63,273 bases of DNA, filler included, from 4 parts of 4 records of this genome joined end to end with filler, not necessarily neighbours in it; one strand, 5' to 3'; shown: positions 41,801 to 56,029, counted from the first letter of the whole stretch. The notes: generated by a model from the letters alone, not told the origin. Translations and numbers: made by a program.

Positions 41801-44800
41801 CGAAGCGTGTGGAATCGTAATCCTGTCTATTCTTTGCTCTGCAGACCACTGTGGCAGATGCGACCCTCCGTTTGCAAGCATGCGACATTCCGTCGCAGTT
41901 TTGTGCTCACTACTCAGGCACTGCACCTGGTCCAGTACGGCCTTTTGGAATTGAGATGCGAAAGTTTGGGTCAGAGAGTGCCAACCTCAAATTTACAGCC
42001 GCGGCGTTGACAACTGCGAGAACGCAGGTGTTGGATTACTTCACTCAGCAACGCAAAGACATTGCCGATGATCATATATTGTACGTTTGTTTAGTATATG
42101 TCGCGCGAGCCACTTCGCAAAGCACGTTCTCGGCCTTGTGTTCGTTTTGCGTTGACACTTTGATAATGTTCGTGTTGGCCAGGTACCGCTTCGAAGTTGC
42201 CAAAGGATTCGGAGACTCGGAACGTCGGCTGTATGAACAGCTCTGCGACCAGATCGGCTTTGACAAAAACCCAGAAATCCTCCCATTGTATATGACGGGC
42301 GAAGACTCTGTGCTCATCGACAATTACCCCGAGATTGCTTTCTTCCGAGACATTGTGTTAGTTTCGTTGGTCTAGTGGCACAATGCTGGGCTTGGAGGGG
42401 GGCAAAAGTTCACAATGACTGAATGTCTTGGCGCAGGTACCTCTTCAAGATGATGATGGCCCCAACATCGGACATGTTACCAGAAATCAAGTATTGGACC
42501 TACAAGGATGCCGCGCTGAAGTGGTCGTGGAAAGACAAATCAACCAAAGAAACCCGCGCAGCCGCGCAGATTGTTGGAAAACTTAAAGTCGATGGCTTTG
42601 GGGGGCGTATGCGCATTCTCGGGTTTGTGACAACTATCACTGCAGCTCGCATGTGGATACAGCACCTCACCAGCCGGCTTTGGAATGACAGAACCTTGTG
42701 CTTATCGCCCGCCAAAAATACTTGTTCTGGGTACACTGCAGATACGACAAAAAAGCACACGATGCTGCAATTGAAGAGAAACTACAGGCTGCACAGGAGC
42801 GCAAAGCAGCAAGTGCCGCAGCGTGGAAGAAGAGAAAACCGCTTTTCAAAAGATTCGTCTCTCGGTTTGCAGGTTTGGGGCCGAAGAAAGCTGCTCCCCG
42901 CGCGGGTCTCTCAGGAGCCAATCCAAGTGAACTCCTTGATCATGACGTTGAAACAGAAGAGGACATTCTACACGTGCGGCATTTGCCAGACTATGACGGT
43001 GCTCTCAACGCACAAAGCTTAGAGCTTCTTTCGACGTTCGTGCATTTGGCTGCCAGACTGAACAATACACCACTTTGTGGTTTTCACACGAATTTACGCC
43101 CTTGTGTGCGGGACCAACTTCCTTTGATAGGTATCTGCTTGCCCCGTACCTTCGCATTCCACTTGTCCTTGCCTTTTTCTCTGGGGCTGAGCATATTCGG
43201 GCACTGAAGCATCCGATGATGCAAGAGGTTTTGGACTCTTGCCTATTTGAGCCAGGCGATTGGCAGCCCGACTACAAACCGCAAGTGCCGAAGAGCATCC
43301 CTGTGTTTGACCGTGATTCACTCGCAACTCCGCTCGGCCTGTTATTCAATGAACTGCATCACTCACCCGACATCATAATCGATTCAGTGGAGAAGATGCT
43401 CGACTATGTACTTGATTTGGACACCGGGAGGTACAACGAGAGCTCCGCTGGCCTGACTTTTTACGTGCTGCGGCTTGCTGTGCGAATTGAGGAGCACATT
43501 TTCTTCATGACACGTCACTACCGCTGGGCGCAGGAGCGTCAGGCAGAACTTGCCCGCAGATCTGCCGCTGCTGCTGCCTTGGCCGCCGAAGCCGAGGAAG
43601 CTCAGCACGATGGGAACAAATCTAAGGCTGATGGCTTGCCGTACATGAAATCTAAATGGCGCACACACGTTCGCGGCCTGCGGCTTGACACCCAGTTTGT
43701 CGGTCAGGACGAAGGCATGGTTGAAATGGATCCAGCTCTTGACGACATGGATGACCTTAGCGTTGCGCAAGTGAATTCAAAGCAGGGTCAGCATAACTAC
43801 GATAGACTCGAGGAGTCCGCACGTCGCATACGAACACTTCTGGACGGGACCGCATGCAAAATGCTGGAATCATGGCTTGTCCACGCAAATCGGAACAATG
43901 ACATGCTTCTCGAAGCGTGCCTCATTCATGCACACCTGGCCTATCTTTACAAGAACGTGGAGCCAGAACAGCTGAACAAGCACGTGGTATCGATCCTGCT
44001 TTCGTCTCATGTCTTTCTCACCGCGTGCTATCGCTACAACGCAGACGTTCTTCCCGAGAAGCTCAAGGGCGCCCGTACGAGCGACGCTGTCGCTGGTGAC
44101 CCCGAGAAAGCTTTCGAAGCGGAGGATGAGGTGCAGGAAGAGGGTGGCGGGCTAAAGGGGGCAACTTCACCCAAAACCCCAAAGTCGCCAAAGAAAGATA
44201 AAGGTATTACTCGCGATTCGCGGCTGGACTCGACTGCGAACTCTGAGCTCCAAATCCCCCAGACAGAAATGTTTGATATGTTTCAGGCACACCGCTACAA
44301 GCTACTCCACTGGATGCGAGAAAATGTCGAAGAGGCAAACGAAGTCATGGAAAGCGTTGTGCGTGTTGTCACTAGAACTGGAACGCGAGAGGCTCCCCGT
44401 GGAAAAGCAATGTACAAACCGCGCATGTGGGTGGAGTTAGAACCCTTGCGCGGAATAGGCCGATTTGTGCCGGACACCGAAGCAACACCAGGTGAACAGC
44501 GAGAACGTCGTGAAGCATCATCTCCAGAAAAGGATACTTCTGTTGAACACGAAGAGGGTGCCTCGTTCGGTAACGGTGACATGGATGGTTCTGCACTGTT
44601 TGAAGAGAAGGAATTGGATCCTGTCTCAGGGAAGGATCTGAGCCGGTACGATATGAGTCAGTCTTTCGAAGAGTGGTACCGCGAACTGACAACACAGAGT
44701 GTGGACACAGAAATTAACATTCAAATTGGCGAGTTCACGCTCAAGAAGCATCGCATGCAAATTTTGGAGGCGGCGTGGATGAGATTTTTGGACTTTGCGC

Positions 44801-47800
44801 TAATATTCGGTCACAAAGAGGATAGCGGAGTCAGTGGTCTACAGTCTGCAGAGGTCCAGCATAAGCGACATCGCAAGTGGGTCCGTCTAGTGGGTCGGCG
44901 CCATGATCTTATATACTGGGATGCAGATTCGCGGGCGGTTGAGGACTTTATGGGCAAGCCAGGGCGTATTTTTCCTCGCGCAGTCAATCGCGAGGAACGA
45001 TGGTGCTTGGACGTGGCGCAAAATTTCATCGAGTTTCATTTCCCTGGTATGCTGGACTGTTGGTTTCTTCTAGGACTGCGTGCACCTTCCGTTGAATGTC
45101 TGACTAAGTATGTGTATGTTTCCTAATGGTCGCTGCAGGTACCCAATTTATCATGCAAGACACCGCCCGCAACGACGCAACGCGCCCTGGAGAGGTATTT
45201 TGCTTAATGTCAGGAGTCGTCAACAAGTATAAATATCGAACTCCCGAATCGATTGCCAAGGCAGAAGCTGAACGTGAGAAGCGGCAAAAAGAGATTCGCA
45301 AAAAGGAGATGGCTAGGCAAAAAAAGAATGTCAAACGAGGCCGCCGAGGTGAGGCATCAATTCCTGCATTGGCATCCGATTCCGACATGGACGACATTTC
45401 CGAATACATCGAGGAAGATACGCAAAACCCCGTCGTCAAGGAAATTATGGTATTCCGCGATCCGCCAGTCATTCACGTTCACGACGTCATACACAATGCC
45501 CGCCGGGCGTATCGTACGCTGGTCTATACCTCGGAAACGACTTTTTCCCTTCGTTGCCTGGGGCATGGGCGAGTGAGAGATGCAACCAAGGAGAACAAAA
45601 GTCGGAAAGCAAGTCAAGAGCGCGACACCGGCGCTCGTGATCGCTTTCGCGAAGCTGATGGTGATGGTGGACGCAGTGGTTTCAGTAACAGCCGCCGCAA
45701 TCTGTCTGCGGGCCGACTGTGTGGTGGAGGAATGGAAGCTGGTGAGCCCAATGAACCGCCGTTGGAACCATCAACGTTGCCTTCTCTTGCCATTGAACGC
45801 ATTCTCACGGCCGAACTGGGACGTGAACGATTCCTCCCTGCTCGTTTCTTGTACGGCATCGTTCCTGACGCATTGTTGAACGCTTACAGCTTTTGGAGAA
45901 ACAAGGAGGGGCCTTTCATTACCGGATACCCCATTCTAAGCAAACTGGACACAGCACAGACAGTGTGCGTTGTCTTAGTTTGAAAGCCCCCATGATCACA
46001 CTGCATCAAGAGCCGCAGTTCGCTCGGCCTGACAGCCAATCTGATGTTTGTGGTGCATCGAATGGATGGCGTTGTATAGGTATCTAGTCCGCATCGTCTT
46101 GCTCAATCAAGGTCGCAGTGACGTGCGTGGGTATTCTGCCCCGTTGTGTAACGGGGCATTGCTGCGGTATGCGTTGCGTGAAGACATTGATTTTCCAGCA
46201 ATGCAAAAACTAGACGGAGAAAGCAATGGTCAAATTGTATTTGCCCATCATATCGACCGAACGAAGCCGGTGGAGATGTGCGTTTCTTTTGCGTTTACAC
46301 GTCAATGTGGAACAGTTTGTTTGATTGGATTTGCGGGTCACCATGGTTGTTGCTTGCAGATATCTCAACCCGCTGTACGCGCTTCCGAATTCCGAACTGA
46401 AGACCGTGTCGAGCGTTGTTCGTCGCATTGAGAACCTGTCTCATATTCTCGTTTGGGCTCGAGCAGACCCAGAACTTGTGCAGATAATCGATCGCATTTG
46501 CACTGTTTCTTCAACCTGGGACCCGAACGAGCAAAATAGTCTCGATGTGAAAGGCGCCGCGACTTTGTCCCTGGGCGGGGCCACTGAAGATGTTTCTGGT
46601 GGCAGAGGCGAAGGGGATCGAGGTGACCAGCCTTCAGAGGAGCCCTCGGTCGGCAATGAATCAAAGCACCATCGTGAGCTCGAGAAAGCGTCGAAGCGTA
46701 TGATGGAGTTGTGTTCGCACCTGCAGGTTTGGAAAGTGGATCTGCCTCGGCTTTTCCTATCGTTCACCATGAAGCAGGTGGGTGACTTCCGTGCTCTGTA
46801 CTCCGACAACCACGACGGCCTACGCGTGTTGACAGACAGTGCGCAGGTCGCAGATGCCGAGGCGCTTATGTCAGACCTTCGCCAGTCAATTATCATGGAA
46901 AACCGCGACAATGATCTTTTTGTCATCACCTCTGCCACAGCAAAAATCCTACGCCCTGCCGTCCAAAACAAAGAACAAATCGTTGCCGGTGTGACGTTTG
47001 ACCGCACGAACAACGAGTGGATTGCCAATCTTGGCACGGAGCCGCGGCACTACAATTACCCGTTGCACTTCTCCCGTGGTTTCTTTTTTACTCAAACATT
47101 GGCATCCTCGCTGTTTATGCTGGTTGTCGCTTTTTACAACCGCAATTACGCACTGGTGTGCCGCCTGGCGGACACTTGCGTTAGTGACGTCACGCTTTCT
47201 GCAGAAGAAGACCAAATTTACAAGCTGCTCGAAAACACCAGCGATGATCACCACCCTGACTCTCATGCTTGTCGGCTCAAAATAACAATTGCTACGGAAG
47301 GAAGCCGGCGTGTAATGCCAATATTCTGGAACATCACGGAACAGTGTTACCGCTATGTGCAGAAAATCAACCGCATTTCCGCGGCCTGTCGCCTTACCAT
47401 TGATGAAGAACTCTACATGTTGGGTCAGTGCGCCACTAACAAATTTGACCTCTTGAAGAACCGGCTGCAGTTTTTGAAGGCTGTCAAAAAACTAGAAACT
47501 GACGGAGACCCCGAGGCTACGATCACGCTAACAAACGCCCCTGTCATGAAATGCCCCAGAGTTGTGGATTTTGATGACATTCGCGATGATTCTGTGCTGA
47601 AGATGGACTCCCTTGTGGAAAAGGCCAAGGAAATCGTCACAGCTGTCACTGGTGTGTCAACCGTGAAACCTTTCAAGGTGCGCAAGGACGGTTCCATCGA
47701 GGGCGGTGAAGGCACAGCCGCAATTCATGCCTTGAATGAGTGGCTGTATGCTGGGATCAGTCTTGCACCAAAAGGAATGGGGATGAGCAAAGACGCACTT

Positions 47801-50800
47801 GGCTTTCTTTTCTTTTACGAAGTAATGACGCTAGCGTACCCGCGCCCGCGAATTTTGTCCAGTGATACCGGATACAATATTGCCTGCTTGCTCATTCGTT
47901 TCATCTCACCCTTGGTAACACGTGGGCGATCTGTATTGATGTCGATTCTTCGAATCCTGTCTGCGAATCCTGACATCGCGGCTGACCGTCGGCTACCGCA
48001 ACTTGTTGACGATCGCAAGGTCAAGATTGGTCTTGTCTTGAAGGGGCAGAAAATGGTCCGTGTGCTGCTCGAAGGCATAAGTGAGTTTTTGAAACAGAAG
48101 GCTGAATCCGGCGAACTTCGGTGGCCGACAGATAGTTTGCAGAAGAAGGACGGTGGCGGTGGCGGTGGTGGCGGTGACGAAGGCGAAGAAGAACGGATAG
48201 TAGATTCTGATGACAACGCCGACGAAGGTGCTGAGGTAGGCGATGGTGATGCGGTGGCATTTGTCGAGCCAGGTGCATATGAACTTAACTACGAAGTTCG
48301 GCCGCTTCAAATCCTGTCTGCACGACGCTCCCACTTGTGGGTGTTGCCCCCAAAAGCAGATATGATGCAGCTCGAGCGTTGGGTTTTCCGCAACCCTCAG
48401 CTCAAGCTCAATTTGGATCAGTTGAACGACTTTGCTGGTCAACCGCTAAATGCGATTGGTCTAGACCGCTTCATTGAACTCGGACTCGCCCCTCAGAATG
48501 ACCCAAATCGGCGCCTTCCGCTTGTCGGGACAACCTTACCTTTCGATGTTAGTCAACACCGTCAGTCGCAGTCGCAAGTTGCTGAAACCATGATCAAGCG
48601 GTTTGCGGACGAGATTGCTTTTTATGGGAACAGTGTGAATTCGAAGCGAACGAGTTTCGTGCGGAATCTCACACCTGGTGATGTTGCGAAGCTTATCGTT
48701 GCCCCAGATGGTCCTGAGTTCTCCCGTGCCAAGGCCCAGATTGATCAGTTGAGAGATGCATTGTTGAATCAGCTCCAGCAAGACATGCATACTACCCGGT
48801 CCGTTCTTGTTGGCTGTTTAGAGCACTGCAATGGAGTGCATGAGCGGTTCAATGGGGACATGACAGAAATTTATGGCCGGCCATTGACGAACACGTTGCG
48901 CTTCGGATACCTACTGGGCCGATACGCTGGTGTCAATCCGAAGCTTGACCTTGAGCTCTTGATTAAGCTTCATCTCACATCTGGCGAATTCACAGACCAT
49001 GTTCGCTACGTGAATCCGTTCCTGTCGCCACAAGCTGCAGCTGCTGTCGAGCAAATGCTGGTGACAACAATGTTACACATCAATCGTATCGGCCAAACGT
49101 ACCGGGCGCTTGCGGCTGCGGGACAAATGACTCGATTGCTAGACAAACTTCGGAGTGGCAAACAGACCCCACTGGCAGATGAGTTAGACCGATCCGCTGC
49201 CAACCTCGTCAGTCAAGTGACGTGCCGCCGGTTTTATGCTACGGAAGTTGCGACAACAGATGCGACTGGGCAACCAGACACGTGTTTACGCGTAGACCCG
49301 CGGTTTTTGGCGTTCGAGTTCATTCACAACATCATTTTGCGTGGTTCCCAAATCGAGCTCATTAACAAATTCATGGAAGCTGCCAACCGGGGAGGGTCAA
49401 TGTGCCACCAGATGATTATGGGTGCTGGAAAAACGACTGTTGTTGGACCAATGTTGGCTTTGCTCACCGCGGACGGAAGCACACTGGTGGTCCAAGTTGT
49501 CCCACACTCTCTGCTTGAAATGTCACGTGCTGTCATGCGGGAGAAGTTTTCTGCGGTTATTAAGAAGGCTGTGTACGTGATGTCCTGTGGGTCAATGGGT
49601 CGTGTTGCCTCGGATTACTGTGTATTGTGCCAAATGATTTTGTCATGTTTTGTGCCAGGTACACGTTTAAATTCGACCGTTTCATGAAAGTCGACAGCGC
49701 TGTCATCGATAAACTGCGCAAAGCACGAGACACAGCGTCGGTGGTGTGCGCCAATCCCACATCCATAAAGAGCTTCTACCTGAAGTTTATCGAGATCATG
49801 CATTACATTGATCAGACTGTTGTGAGCGCTAAAATGGACAAACAGTTGGAAGCGTCCAAGTCATTATTTTCAAGATTTAAGGTACAGACACGCAACCAAA
49901 TCACACATGTGTTGCCTTTTTTGTTGTGAAGCATGGCATTGTTTTGGAACACGAGTCTTGATCATTAGCCAAATTGGTTTCCAGGCTTTATTTTCTTTGA
50001 AAGCGCGCGACACAAAGAAGCTGACCAAGGAACGAATTCAAGACTTGCAGTCACAAGTTGAAGTCTGCATTCAGATTTTTCAGATACTACAGGCCGGCGT
50101 GCTGCTGCTTGATGAGGTCGACGTCATTCTTCACCCTCTCAAATCTGAGCTAAATTGGCCTTTGGGACAAAAGTTCCCACTCGATTTCACCGTCTCTGCC
50201 AATGGCCTGGATGATGGACTCCGTTGGCAAGTGCCGTGGCACATTCTTGACGCGCTGTTTTATACAGATGAACGTCGAATGACTGTTGATCTTTCCGATT
50301 CGAAAGAAGCTGCGGATTTGCTACAACGCATTGCAGCAAAAATCGACGAAGGCGCCAGCATCAATTATGTTCAGCGTACGCCACATTTTGTTATATTGTC
50401 CACCAAGTTCTACCGAAAGCAGTTACTTCCTCTCCTTGCGCAGTGGACCTTGCTGTGGGCCTCTCAGCATATAGCTGCGAAAGATATCAAGGAAGAAGTG
50501 CTTCTCACTTATTTGGTTCATGGGCCGAATCGTGATCGTGCTGGTGCAGACCAGATCAATCGTGAACTCGGCGACGATCAGATGAAGATGCTGAACCTAT
50601 GCCGGGACTGGCTGACATCTGTTGCGCCATTTGTCCTTGCCAAAATCAATCGTGTCAAGTTTGGTCTTCTTTCACCAGCAGATATTGAACGTAACCTGAA
50701 GGTAGACCCGCTGATGAGCAAGAACCGCAAGCTCACCGCTGTTCCGTTCGTCGCCAAGGACGTGCCTTCGCAGTCGTCTGAGTTTGCTCAACCAGATGTG

Positions 50801-53800
50801 GTGATTGGGCTTACCATCTTAGCGTATCGCTACGAGGGCCTTCGTCGCATGGACTTCGACAACGTCATCGAATCCCTTTTCGACCAGCTCAACGCTGAGC
50901 AAGGCCCATACAGCAAACGCCCAGCATGCAAAAAATTTGCCCGTCTGGTGCATTTTTCTGGTGGTCAAGTCCGAGGCTACTTTCGGCGTGCGTACAAGAA
51001 TAGTGAGGAAAAGGGCGAAGGCGATGTTGAGCGCGAAGAAGCTCGGGCTATGCTCGAGCGCAGGGTTGAACTTGAGAGCATTCCCATGGAGTTCGTGCGC
51101 CTAGTTGTCAATGAGAGACTGATCGTGCGCGAACGTTGCACGTTTATGGTCGCTCCTGCTCTGACACTTTGTTTCGCCACTTACGTGCAGGTACGCTGCT
51201 ATATTTCAAGATATCTGGCCGTTGCAGCTCATTGACTACCGTGACAATGAGCAAATGGAACCATTGTACTATCTCCTGCGCAAAAACCCGGAACTGATTC
51301 GAATGTATGTCCATCTGCACTTCGCCAACCGCCCTGCCGTTGCTTCCACCATTAATTTGAGTCGTGAACGTGCACATTTCTTCATGGTTTCCGTGTTGGC
51401 CTTTGTGCAGGTACTTGTTCGAGTACATTTTCCCAGAAACAATGCAGCATCAAACTCTGAAACTGGCTGCGTCAGGTCAGGAGCTGGGCGGCGATGTGCT
51501 GTTTCCACGTCGAATGGGTTTTTCTGGAACACCGTCCGATCTCGTCCCAACGGAACTAGGTGGGTGCCAGTATGAGCGGGGGACGGATGGCAAAGTTCTT
51601 CATTTTGTGACGACTCCAGAAATCATGTCCTACGAAAAGATTTCGCCAGGGTGGACCGTCACAAGCTTGTTGGACAATATCGCCAACAGTCCATTCAAGT
51701 GAGTTATGCGTTTCTGCGTTGGTAAATATCGTGCCTCAAATTTGTAGGAATAAGCTGTTGACGAGTCTGTTGGTGCATTGCAGGTATTTGGCTCTCATTG
51801 ACACAGGAGCTCTTATTACAGGATTCACCAACAAGCAAGTTGGAGAATATCTTCTTCGCAACGGTTTGGCTCACGTCAAAGGTGTTGTGTATCTTGATGA
51901 GGATGACTGCAAGTGTGTGCTGCTTCGCAGAGGATTTAAAGTGGTCGCTCTTGACAAATGTGGATTGGGCAAAGCTGAGCGGTTTACGTTCTACGATCAA
52001 GCGCACACTACTGGCATGGACATAAAGCAAGCCATAGGGGCAGTTGCATGCGTCACTTTAGGCAAAGACATGACTTTTCGTGACTATGCACAAGGCACTT
52101 TCCGCATGCGGGGCATCGGAATTGGGCAAACGTTGCGACTTCTAATCATCCCAGAGGTCCTCCAACTTATTGAGGAGAATGTTGCGACAGGAGAACGCAA
52201 AACTGTTGCCGACAGAGCGGCATCATTCCGATCACTGGTCGACGCAGGCCGCCAGGAAGATGCCACGCGGCAGATGCTTCGAGATGTTGCAGCGTGGCTC
52301 ATCCTGAATCAAATGCGGTCCGAGAAAATCCAGTTCAATTTGCTTAGTCAGCAAAACCTCCACAACATTTGGCGGAAACGCGCCTTTCGAACCTTGCAAA
52401 AGCACTGGAAGGCAGTGGCACCACCTAAAGGGTTCCTACAGAGCGAAGATACAAGTATCGACAAAGAATTCCTCTCTGCCTGCGTCAACGTATTCCGGAA
52501 CCGAATCGACCATGATGTCGAAAACTGTGTCCCAGTGAATATTCCTCATGTTCAGAAACTTAACGACGACCGCGCAGCCCATGAAGCATTTCTGCAGACC
52601 GCGGACGAAAAGCAAACTGCTGAGCAGATTTTGCAGGCGTTGCAATATGCAACCAATGCCGGCACCAAGCTTGCTGCGCGTCAGCGTGAAGCTGCTGCAG
52701 CCGCGTCTGACGATGCTGAAGACAAATCTGAACTAAACTTTAGCAGCGAGCAAGTCCAGGAGCAGGAGCAGGAGCAAGAGCAGGAACAAGAACAGGAGCA
52801 AGAACAGGAGCAAGAACAAGAAGTTGTCGAGGAGCCTCCTGTTTATGAAAAGCGGAACTACTCACGTGATGATGAAGATCCTGTGCCGTGGCTCCCTGAG
52901 TCGCTGCGATTTTTGCCTTCTGTGGACCAACAAGGCTTCTATCCATTGTCGGAATTCAAGGTCTCAAAAAATCTGAAAAAAATGACTCAATGCCAGATGC
53001 CCCCAGCTGTGCATCTGAGTCGCAATTTCTTCAAGCCGAAATGGTTCAAGGCACATCGCCGCATCAAGAACGTGATCATGATCTTTGAGTACGCTCCATC
53101 GCTTCGAGATGCTGTGAAGGGCAGCAAACTTGCCAAGCTGGCGTCGCAGCGCCTGACTCCTACGCAAATGCAAAAGATCAAACTCGCGTTCAACCAGTTT
53201 GACACCAACCGTACTGGAGCGCTAAGTCGCCGCCAAATGCGGTCGGTAATTGGTGCTATGGATGTGTTGATCAAGAGCGAAGAAGAGCTAAACGCCATCT
53301 TTGATTCCATTGACCAAGACCGTTCCGGCGACATCACCCTGGACGAAGTCAATGACATGTTTATCAACCAAACTTACACCCAGCGCCACTTTGGGAAATA
53401 CGTCGTTGCGCTGTCACTGATTGAAGCGGAGTCTTTGCGACGCGTAATGCATATTCGGAAGAACCGCCCGCTGATTCCTGGGGGCGATGTTGTTGGCCAG
53501 TTGCGCGTGAACAATGGGCCGGTTGTGGACTCCACAACTGACTTTTTACCAACGCCGGAGTACCAGTTGACGTCGTGGCTTCAATGTTTCCGTTTCTTTG
53601 ACAGTTGTTACCAGTACACGCCACGGGAGTTGAATCTGCTTTTGCGTGTGCTCCAATCCACAGACTGCAAAAAGCGTTTAGACTTCTTCATGCAAGTGCG
53701 CGCATGCCGTCGAAGGCAACAAAATTCAGTCGAAACGCAAAGTATTCACCGCCTTTTCACTACTCCCGACGAGTTTTACCTACTCAACCAGCGTGCGCTG

Positions 53801-55097
53801 TACAGTCAGATTCGTGAGCGATTGGAGGAACGCGGACTTGGCATTCGCGACGCCTTCATTGCCTTTGATTACAATAATGATGCCATTCTGACTTGTTCTG
53901 AACTGTACGGTGGACTGGAGTGGCTGGGCCTGCGCCTCACACCGGAGGATATTTACTCAATGGTTCAGGACATGAACACGAGCCAGAAAGGCACCATCTT
54001 GTGCGTTACTTTGCTTTTTGTGTTATTAGCTGCTGTCTGATTATTCCGCTTCCTCCACGAAAGTCATGTGCGACGTGTGCTTGTATTCGCCTTTGTCGGG
54101 AACAGGTACAAAGAATTTAAGCAAGCTCTCAAGGATCCATATGCAGATGAAAATGCCCCGGACCGTATTGCTGCAGTCGGTGTGTTTGACAAAGTTCGCA
54201 TCGAGCCCAAAATGATCGTGGAGTTGACAGATATTGAGGATGTGCCCGAGGACACGGAGCCGCTTCCTGCCGAGGCAGTGAAGAAAATAAAGTTGAAGAT
54301 GCAAGTTCTGAAGAAATTCTCAGCAGTTTGGGACACCACGAAAACTCGGTCGCAAAAGCCAATGTCCGTGTGGGCACCTTCAGCTGAGACCGGAATGTTC
54401 AAGAAAAATAGCCTTCGCATCTGCCTGGGCCATTTTGCAGTTGACGAAATCAAAGAGCCGTCTCGGGCAAAGAGCTTGAAAAAGCACCCGATGGAGATCA
54501 TTGAGGTTTCTGACACAGGCAGCAACCACCGCACTGTCGTCGATCAAGTGATCCGTGCGTTGTTCCCTTATCCGCTGCGCTTTCACCTCGTATGGAGTCA
54601 AAGCCGGAGCAAGAAACCGATGTATGTGTGGAGTGCTGTCCCTCCGAGCAATAAGTATGTGGCGATGGGCATGGTCGTCACCGACAATGAAGATCCCCCG
54701 AACCGTGACTGCATGCGTTGTGTGAGTACCCTGCTTTTGAAACCCACAGAGGACACACCAGTGAAAATTTGGGATGATGCTGGCGGCGGCGGAAGACCAG
54801 GGAGTGTCTGGTGCGTTGCCTCTCCACGTATGTTTTTGCGCGGTGGAAATTGTGCTCGTTCATCTCCCCGCTCATTGCGCTACCAATGTGTTTAGGTACA
54901 CAAGCAGCGCGAAACTACTGTATGCCCAAAAGGGGCTGAATGAGCCACAACGGAAACGCTTCTTTGACTTCAACTTTTCGAGGTTGATCCTTGGTGAGTC
55001 ACCGGAGATATTGAGCTTTTTCCAGCAAATGTACGAAACGCGCATGAAGCAGCAGGAGCAAGGACAGCAGCGGTCAAAAAACAGTTTCGAATTTTAA
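38881..55097 (+). CDS. Eukaryotic 19-exon giant protein (>4825 aa, 5'-truncated): 2xSH3 - DUF3638/DUF3645 SecA-like ATPase - EF-hands - Vps62-like
   Basis: GT..AG introns at 40318-40405, 40767-40864, 41038-41131, 41742-41844, 42081-42182, 42357-42436, 42623-42741, 43036-43130, 45047-45138, 45965-46079, 46278-46359, 49573-49658, 49882-49984, 51091-51190, 51305-51410, 51699-51783, 54001-54105 and 54811-54895 join the ORF fragments in frame. The spliced CDS is 14478 nt from 38882 to the TAA. Introns 2, 3, 5 and 7 are the least certain. Confidence 0.85.
39065..39700 (+). other. Two SH3 domains separated by an Ala/Pro-rich linker
   Basis: ALYDF...ELGF...EW...GEFP (about 39065-39225) and AQYAF...ELSF...DW...GYVP (about 39527-39700). 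Confidence 0.9.
49290..52130 (+). other. DUF3638 + DUF3645 P-loop ATPase region
   Basis: MGAGKTT (49418-49438), LLLDEVD (DEVD at 50111), AVPFVAKDVPSQSSEFAQPDV, GFSGTP, TTGMDIK and QGTFRMRG. Confidence 0.8.
52757..52822 (+). repeat. (CARGAR)11 encoding (QE)11
   Basis: Seen directly, with mixed synonymous codons. Confidence 0.92.
53190..54120 (+). other. EF-hand pairs
   Basis: DTNRTGALSRRQ, DQDRSGDITLDE, DYNNDAILTCSE and NTSQKGTILYKE (the last is completed by splicing intron 17). Confidence 0.8.
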
Positions 55098-55138
55098 TAA
55101 AATGTTGTGTCAGCTTGTTTGCTCGGTGCATAAATAAA
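55096..55138 (+). promoter_or_regulatory. Candidate polyadenylation signals
   Basis: AATAAA overlapping the stop codon and again at 55133-55138. Confidence 0.45.
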
Positions 55139-56029
55139 CCTATTCCCAAAAATATTCAAAAATTCCAGTTATGATTCAAATAATGCGTGCCTCGTGCATT
55201 GCAATGTCTCGTGGAGGAGCCAGATGTGCGCTTAGTATTTGGATGCTCACTATTGTCGCAAATCCACTATTCGTTGCCATAAAAAATGAGGTACAAACAG
55301 CGACGGCGTGCACGCCGCACCACAGGAGTTCCGTGCTTCTTCGACTTTTCCAGATCGCGCCTGGATCTGAAAGATCTGCTGTGACACCCTCAACCATGCC
55401 CACCCACACGGTTCTGCTTTCTTGCAATCTTCTTTTGTCATACGGTGATCGTCATAAGCGGGGTGGGGTGTTCGGTCGTCGCAAAAGTCCTACAAGGCTC
55501 CCATCGAACTCACTGTGGGCCAATCGCGACGAATCGAACAACAAACAGAATATTATTTATTAATAAAACAACGACAACTTGTTCTTTTTATTAAACTCAT
55601 CATTGGGTGTAAATGGACCGATAGTTCGGACAATACGTACGCTAGGAGGCGTCGAGCGTCGACAGTGCTATGTCATAACAATAACAACGTCGACACAGTG
55701 GAAAAACAACAAAGTAACGTGTTTGGAAGGACACCTCACATGTCAGTCAAAAGAGTGCAGTACCTGGTAGTTGCAATTCTATAAAGTTCTTCAACACAGT
55801 CCCGCATTGTTACCAATACCATCTGATACAGCGATCTAAACAGATACTTTAGCGGTGTGTCACGGCAGCCGCTCGCATCCCTGTGGCGCTGCATTTTCAT
55901 CTCGGTCGTTGTTGTCACTCACGCACACACACACACATTGCATACAACATACATAGCCTGCACAAGGCACCAACTCAGTCACGCTGCAATACTATTGACG
56001 TACGCTAAACTGTAGGATGAGTAAAGTCA

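Noticed and set aside
38881-55097. Frameshifted pseudogene, or a eukaryote-to-bacterium transfer
   Set aside because: Every frame break is resolved by a GT..AG intron of similar size, and the segment is a separate contig.
55171-55918. Short ORFs downstream of the giant gene
   Set aside because: I found no recognisable domain or coherent exon chain. A convergent gene end cannot be excluded.
55915-55940. Short (CA)n tract
   Set aside because: An ordinary eukaryotic microsatellite.
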